In this document: one piece after another, positions 60,781 through 64,000 of the stretch
Layout of the letters: each line of letters starts with the position of its first letter
How positions within the stretch are numbered: position 1 is the stretch's first letter
DNA from: an uncultured delta proteobacterium
GTDB lineage: Bacteria > Myxococcota > Kuafuiibacteriia > Kuafuiibacteriales > Kuafuiibacteriaceae
Direction: 5' to 3'
Length of the DNA: 64,000 bases
Assembly: GCA_963803435.1 (NCBI GenBank)
Contig: CAWDML010000001.1
Coordinates: forward strand, 832,001-896,000
Notes under the pieces: model-generated
Databases searched by the model: none
What the model was told of the DNA's origin: nothing
Seen by the model: the letters and a program-made list of their open reading frames with translations, nothing else
Made by a program: the position numbers and the translations under genes

Positions 60781-61269
60781 CTACTCGAGCTCGCCCCCTG
60801 GATCGACGTCGACCAGATCGCCTGTGTCGATCTGATCCGAGACGCAGCCATCCGCTGTGCACGTGTCACCCTCGTCGCAGGCGGCGCCGCGGCACGAGGC
60901 GGCCAGGAACATCTCGAGGAGGAGGCTGCGGTGGGGCTCGAAGCCGATCCGCGCGCGGCGCTCGAGCACGAGGGCGCGATCACCGTCGAGCGCGACCAGA
61001 TCGATCTGGATCTTCCGATCAGGGTCGTCCTCGAGCGGAACCACCGCAAAGGAGAACGGGGGGCCCGCGGATCCCTGCGCGTCGAGCACGAAGTCGTTGA
61101 GCGAAACCGGGGCCCCGTTCGCGTCGCTCACCACGGCCCGGATCACTGCGATGTCCTCTGGAACGCGCAGGTCCGTGCGCACCACCACCACGAGACCCGT
61201 CGGCGCGGCGCCGCAGCCCAAGAGCCCAAGCACCACGGCCAGCGAGAGGGAGGGAGAAGCACGCCTCAC
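60781..61269 (-). CDS. Hypothetical lipoprotein with Cys-rich tail
   Basis: Lipobox LLGC; VVVRTDL.VP; C.G.AC..GDTC...GC; start overlaps the upstream stop. Confidence 0.75.
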   Translation of the reverse strand: MRRASPSLSLAVVLGLLGCGAAPTGLVVVVRTDLRVPEDIAVIRAVVSDANGAPVSLNDFVLDAQGSAGPPFSFAVVPLEDDPDRKIQIDLVALDGDRALVLERRARIGFEPHRSLLLEMFLAASCRGAACDEGDTCTADGCVSDQIDTGDLVDVDPGGELE

Positions 61270-62051
61270 GGATCGAGCCCTCGCAGCACGACCCCCGTGG
61301 TGCCCGGGTAGATGGTGCGGTCGCGGCTCGCCAGCGCCACGCCGGCGGCGACGCCGCCTGCGACCACCACGCCGAGCGCCACCCAGAACCAAGGTCCGCT
61401 GAAGAACGAGGCCGCCGTCGGGGCGTCCGCGATCGGGACCTGTGCCTCGACCGGAGGGGGTGGAGGCAGGCTCGGGGGCGGAGGCGGGCTCGGGGGCGGA
61501 GGGAGCGCGACGGCCCGATGCTCACCTTCACGAAGCTCGAGCTGGGCGCGGCCGATCTCGATCCCACCGCGAACGCGCACGACCAGATGCGGACCTGGAT
61601 CCACCGGCAGCTCGAGCCCCAACGCGGCCGCCGGAACCGCGTCGCCGTCGAGCAGCGCTTCCTCGCCAGGCATCGGGTCGACCATCGAGATCGTCAGGCG
61701 CGGGATCCTCGGCTCGAGCGCCGCCAAGAGACGACGCGCCTCCTGTTGGGCCGCGCGCTGCGCGTCGCCGTCTTCGCGAAGGAATCGTCGATACGTCTCG
61801 CGCGCCTCCACCCAGCGCGACGTCTTCATCTGCGCGCCGGCCAGGTTGAACAAGATCGACGGCTGGTGACTGAGCGCGTATGCCCGGGCGAAGGCGTCGC
61901 ACGCGTCCTCCCAGCGGTCCTCCTTGGCCGCGGCCACTCCCTGGTTGAACTGCTCGCGGGCGACCGACACCTCGCCGGGTGAAGGTTCGTCCGCGAGGAG
62001 CTCGCCGGGCGCCGTCGCGAGCAGCGCGAGGACGATCGGCCCCATCCGCAC
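61266..62051 (-). CDS. Exported TPR + PEGA-like protein with C-terminal TM
   Basis: AREQFNQG, LFNLAGA, LPVDPGPH, WFWVALGVVVAGG. Confidence 0.82.
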   Translation of the reverse strand: MRMGPIVLALLATAPGELLADEPSPGEVSVAREQFNQGVAAAKEDRWEDACDAFARAYALSHQPSILFNLAGAQMKTSRWVEARETYRRFLREDGDAQRAAQQEARRLLAALEPRIPRLTISMVDPMPGEEALLDGDAVPAAALGLELPVDPGPHLVVRVRGGIEIGRAQLELREGEHRAVALPPPPSPPPPPSLPPPPPVEAQVPIADAPTAASFFSGPWFWVALGVVVAGGVAAGVALASRDRTIYPGTTGVVLRGLDP

Positions 62052-62078
62052 CGCCCGAAGCTTACCTCGACCGTGCGA

Positions 62079-63443
62079 TCAGAAGTCGGGTTTCTCGAGC
62101 AGCGGCACACCGTCGACATCGCGCGGCCCCGGCTTGCCCTTCCTCCGGCGGCGCTTGGTGTGCACCGCCTTCGTGCGCGCAGCCGCCGGAGCGGTCGGCG
62201 CGACCTCGACCACCGGCGGCGGCGCGCGCTCGACCGGCGGCGGCGCGAGGTCGGCCGTCGTCGGCGCGACCTCGACCGGCGGCGGGGGCGGCGGCGCGGG
62301 CTCGGCCGGCGGGGGTGCGAAGCCGCCGGAGATGAACCAGGCGGCTGCGATCCCGAGAACGGCGAGGACCAGACCACCGGCGACCTTCGACCAAACCCGT
62401 CCCGGGGGCTCGGCGAACCTGCCCTCGAGCGTCGCGGTCATCGCGTTGTCCTCGGGCGCGGTGAGCGTTCGCGGGACTGCGATCCGCGCCTCGGGTGGAA
62501 GCTTCTCCTCGCCGGCGACCAGCTCGGCGTGCATCACGTCGCCGATCAGTTTGGCCAGGCGAGCACCGTCGACGTCGTGCGCTCCCGGGACCGCAGTCAG
62601 AAGGCGCACGCGAAACTCCTGAGCCGTCGCCGGCCGTTCGGCGGGATCGATCCGGAGCGCCTGCATCAGCACGGCCTCGAGCGCCTCCGGCACATCGCGT
62701 ACGTACTGGCTCGGAGGCGGAATCTGCGGGGCGCGGACCACGTCGAGCACGGCGAGGTCGTCGCCGCCCTTGAACAGCCGGCGCTGCGTCAACATCTCCC
62801 AGAGGACGATCCCGAGGGCGTAAACGTCGCTCCTGCGATCGAGCGGCCGTCCGAAGGCCTGCTCGGGCGACATGTAACGGATCTTGCCTTTGAGCAACCC
62901 GGTGGCCGTCTCTACGCCTTGCGCCATGGCTTTCGCGATGCCGAAGTCGATCAGCTTCACCGCCCCGCTCACGCTCAAGAGGATGTTCTGAGGGCTGACG
63001 TCCCGATGGACGAGGCCGAGCGACGCGCCCGAGTCGTCGGTGGTCTCGTGCGCAGCGTGAAGGCCGTCGGCGGCGCGGGCGGCGATCGCCACCGCCGTCG
63101 CCGGCTTCAGCATTCGACCGCTGTCCCTCAGCTTTCGGAGCAACGCCGACACGGAGCAGCCGTGGACGTACTCCATCACCAGAAAGTACCGGCCCTCCTC
63201 CTCGCCCAGCTCCTCGACCCGGACCACGTTCGGGTGGGCGATGCGCGCGCCCAGGAGCGCCTCGTTCACGAAGGAGCTGACGAACCGGGGCTCGATCGAC
63301 AGGTGGGGATGGATCAACTTGATCGCGACGTACTGCCGGAAACCGGCGGCGCCCAGCCGGGTCGCCAGATAGAGCGTCCCCATTCCGCCGGGGCGCAGCT
63401 CGGCCAGGATCTCGTAGTTCTTGAGCTTATCCCCTCTGCGCAC
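62079..63443 (-). CDS. Ser/Thr protein kinase with TM segment
   Basis: GGMGTLY, VAIK, HRDVSPQN, DFG, YMSPEQ. Confidence 0.93.
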   Translation of the reverse strand: MRRGDKLKNYEILAELRPGGMGTLYLATRLGAAGFRQYVAIKLIHPHLSIEPRFVSSFVNEALLGARIAHPNVVRVEELGEEEGRYFLVMEYVHGCSVSALLRKLRDSGRMLKPATAVAIAARAADGLHAAHETTDDSGASLGLVHRDVSPQNILLSVSGAVKLIDFGIAKAMAQGVETATGLLKGKIRYMSPEQAFGRPLDRRSDVYALGIVLWEMLTQRRLFKGGDDLAVLDVVRAPQIPPPSQYVRDVPEALEAVLMQALRIDPAERPATAQEFRVRLLTAVPGAHDVDGARLAKLIGDVMHAELVAGEEKLPPEARIAVPRTLTAPEDNAMTATLEGRFAEPPGRVWSKVAGGLVLAVLGIAAAWFISGGFAPPPAEPAPPPPPPVEVAPTTADLAPPPVERAPPPVVEVAPTAPAAARTKAVHTKRRRRKGKPGPRDVDGVPLLEKPDF

Positions 63444-63530
63444 GCACGTCGCCGATCGCGCACGTCATGCTAAGCCACCGGCGCGCATCCGGCGAGGTGA
63501 GGATTTGTGCGCGGGACAGCGGCGGCGCGA

Positions 63531-64000
63531 TCAGTTTCGAGTGAGCAGCCACGTAATCAGCCCGCCCATCGGACCTCCGAGCAGGAGACCGAGGCACATC
63601 CCGATCAGGAGCGGAACGGCTCGTCCCCGGGACGCGACCGCCGCAGTTGCGCCGGTGGCTCCGCTCGCGGAGTCGGGGTTGGGATCGAACTGCGTGACGT
63701 CCTCGCTCGGCGCGGAGGACCCGCCCTCCGCCCGGGATGAAACCGCCGCCGCGCCCAGGGGCGACGCCTGCGGCTGCAGCCAGAGATTCGCGAGCTCGAG
63801 CAGGCGGAGATTGTCGAGCGCGCCTCGATCCTGGAGCAGGCCGAGCTCGGGGAGGACGCGCTCGAGCGTACCCTTCGGGGGCGCGGGCGTAACGTCGATG
63901 GCGATCTCGAGCGAGCCCATCGAGACGTCGTCGTTCGACGCCCACTCGACGGGCGATTCGAACGCGATCTGGACCGACGCGGGCGAGAGATCGTCCGAGG
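63531..64000 (-). CDS. Hypothetical protein with C-terminal TM; 5' end outside the window
   Basis: Frame appears open from the window edge; ends VPLLIGMCLGLLLGGPMGGLITWLL. Confidence 0.55.
   Translation of the reverse strand, partial: SDDLSPASVQIAFESPVEWASNDDVSMGSLEIAIDVTPAPPKGTLERVLPELGLLQDRGALDNLRLLELANLWLQPQASPLGAAAVSSRAEGGSSAPSEDVTQFDPNPDSASGATGATAAVASRGRAVPLLIGMCLGLLLGGPMGGLITWLLTRN

Overview
High-GC bacterial DNA. The gene content (many Ser/Thr kinases, PEGA/TPR and FHA proteins, Cys-rich surface lipoproteins) points to Myxococcota or a related deltaproteobacterial lineage. About 50 genes are recognisable. Main blocks: (i) kinase/TPR signalling genes and a terpene-cyclase/MpaB-oxygenase pair, lying between two oppositely oriented copies of a group II intron whose EBS1/EBS2 match a 7-bp tandem-repeat target; (ii) an ECF sigma/FecR cluster; (iii) an OPT transporter plus diheme beta-propeller enzyme, divergent from a four-gene candidate trans-envelope electron conduit (FeS-flavin-membrane oxidoreductase, 30-heme cytochrome, 11-12-heme lipoprotein, beta-barrel); (iv) an IS1182-family element with 65-bp repeat-containing inverted ends, carrying a four-helix-bundle passenger gene and inserted into a CTAG shared by two stop codons; (v) an anaerobic metabolism cluster (PFOR, DHOD-like, HemN, CBS proteins, cytochrome c'-like, CoA-transferase-GNAT). 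Six frameshifts fall at what should be GATC, suggesting modification-linked sequencing errors rather than real pseudogenes. All calls come from reading motifs by eye; no database searches were run.
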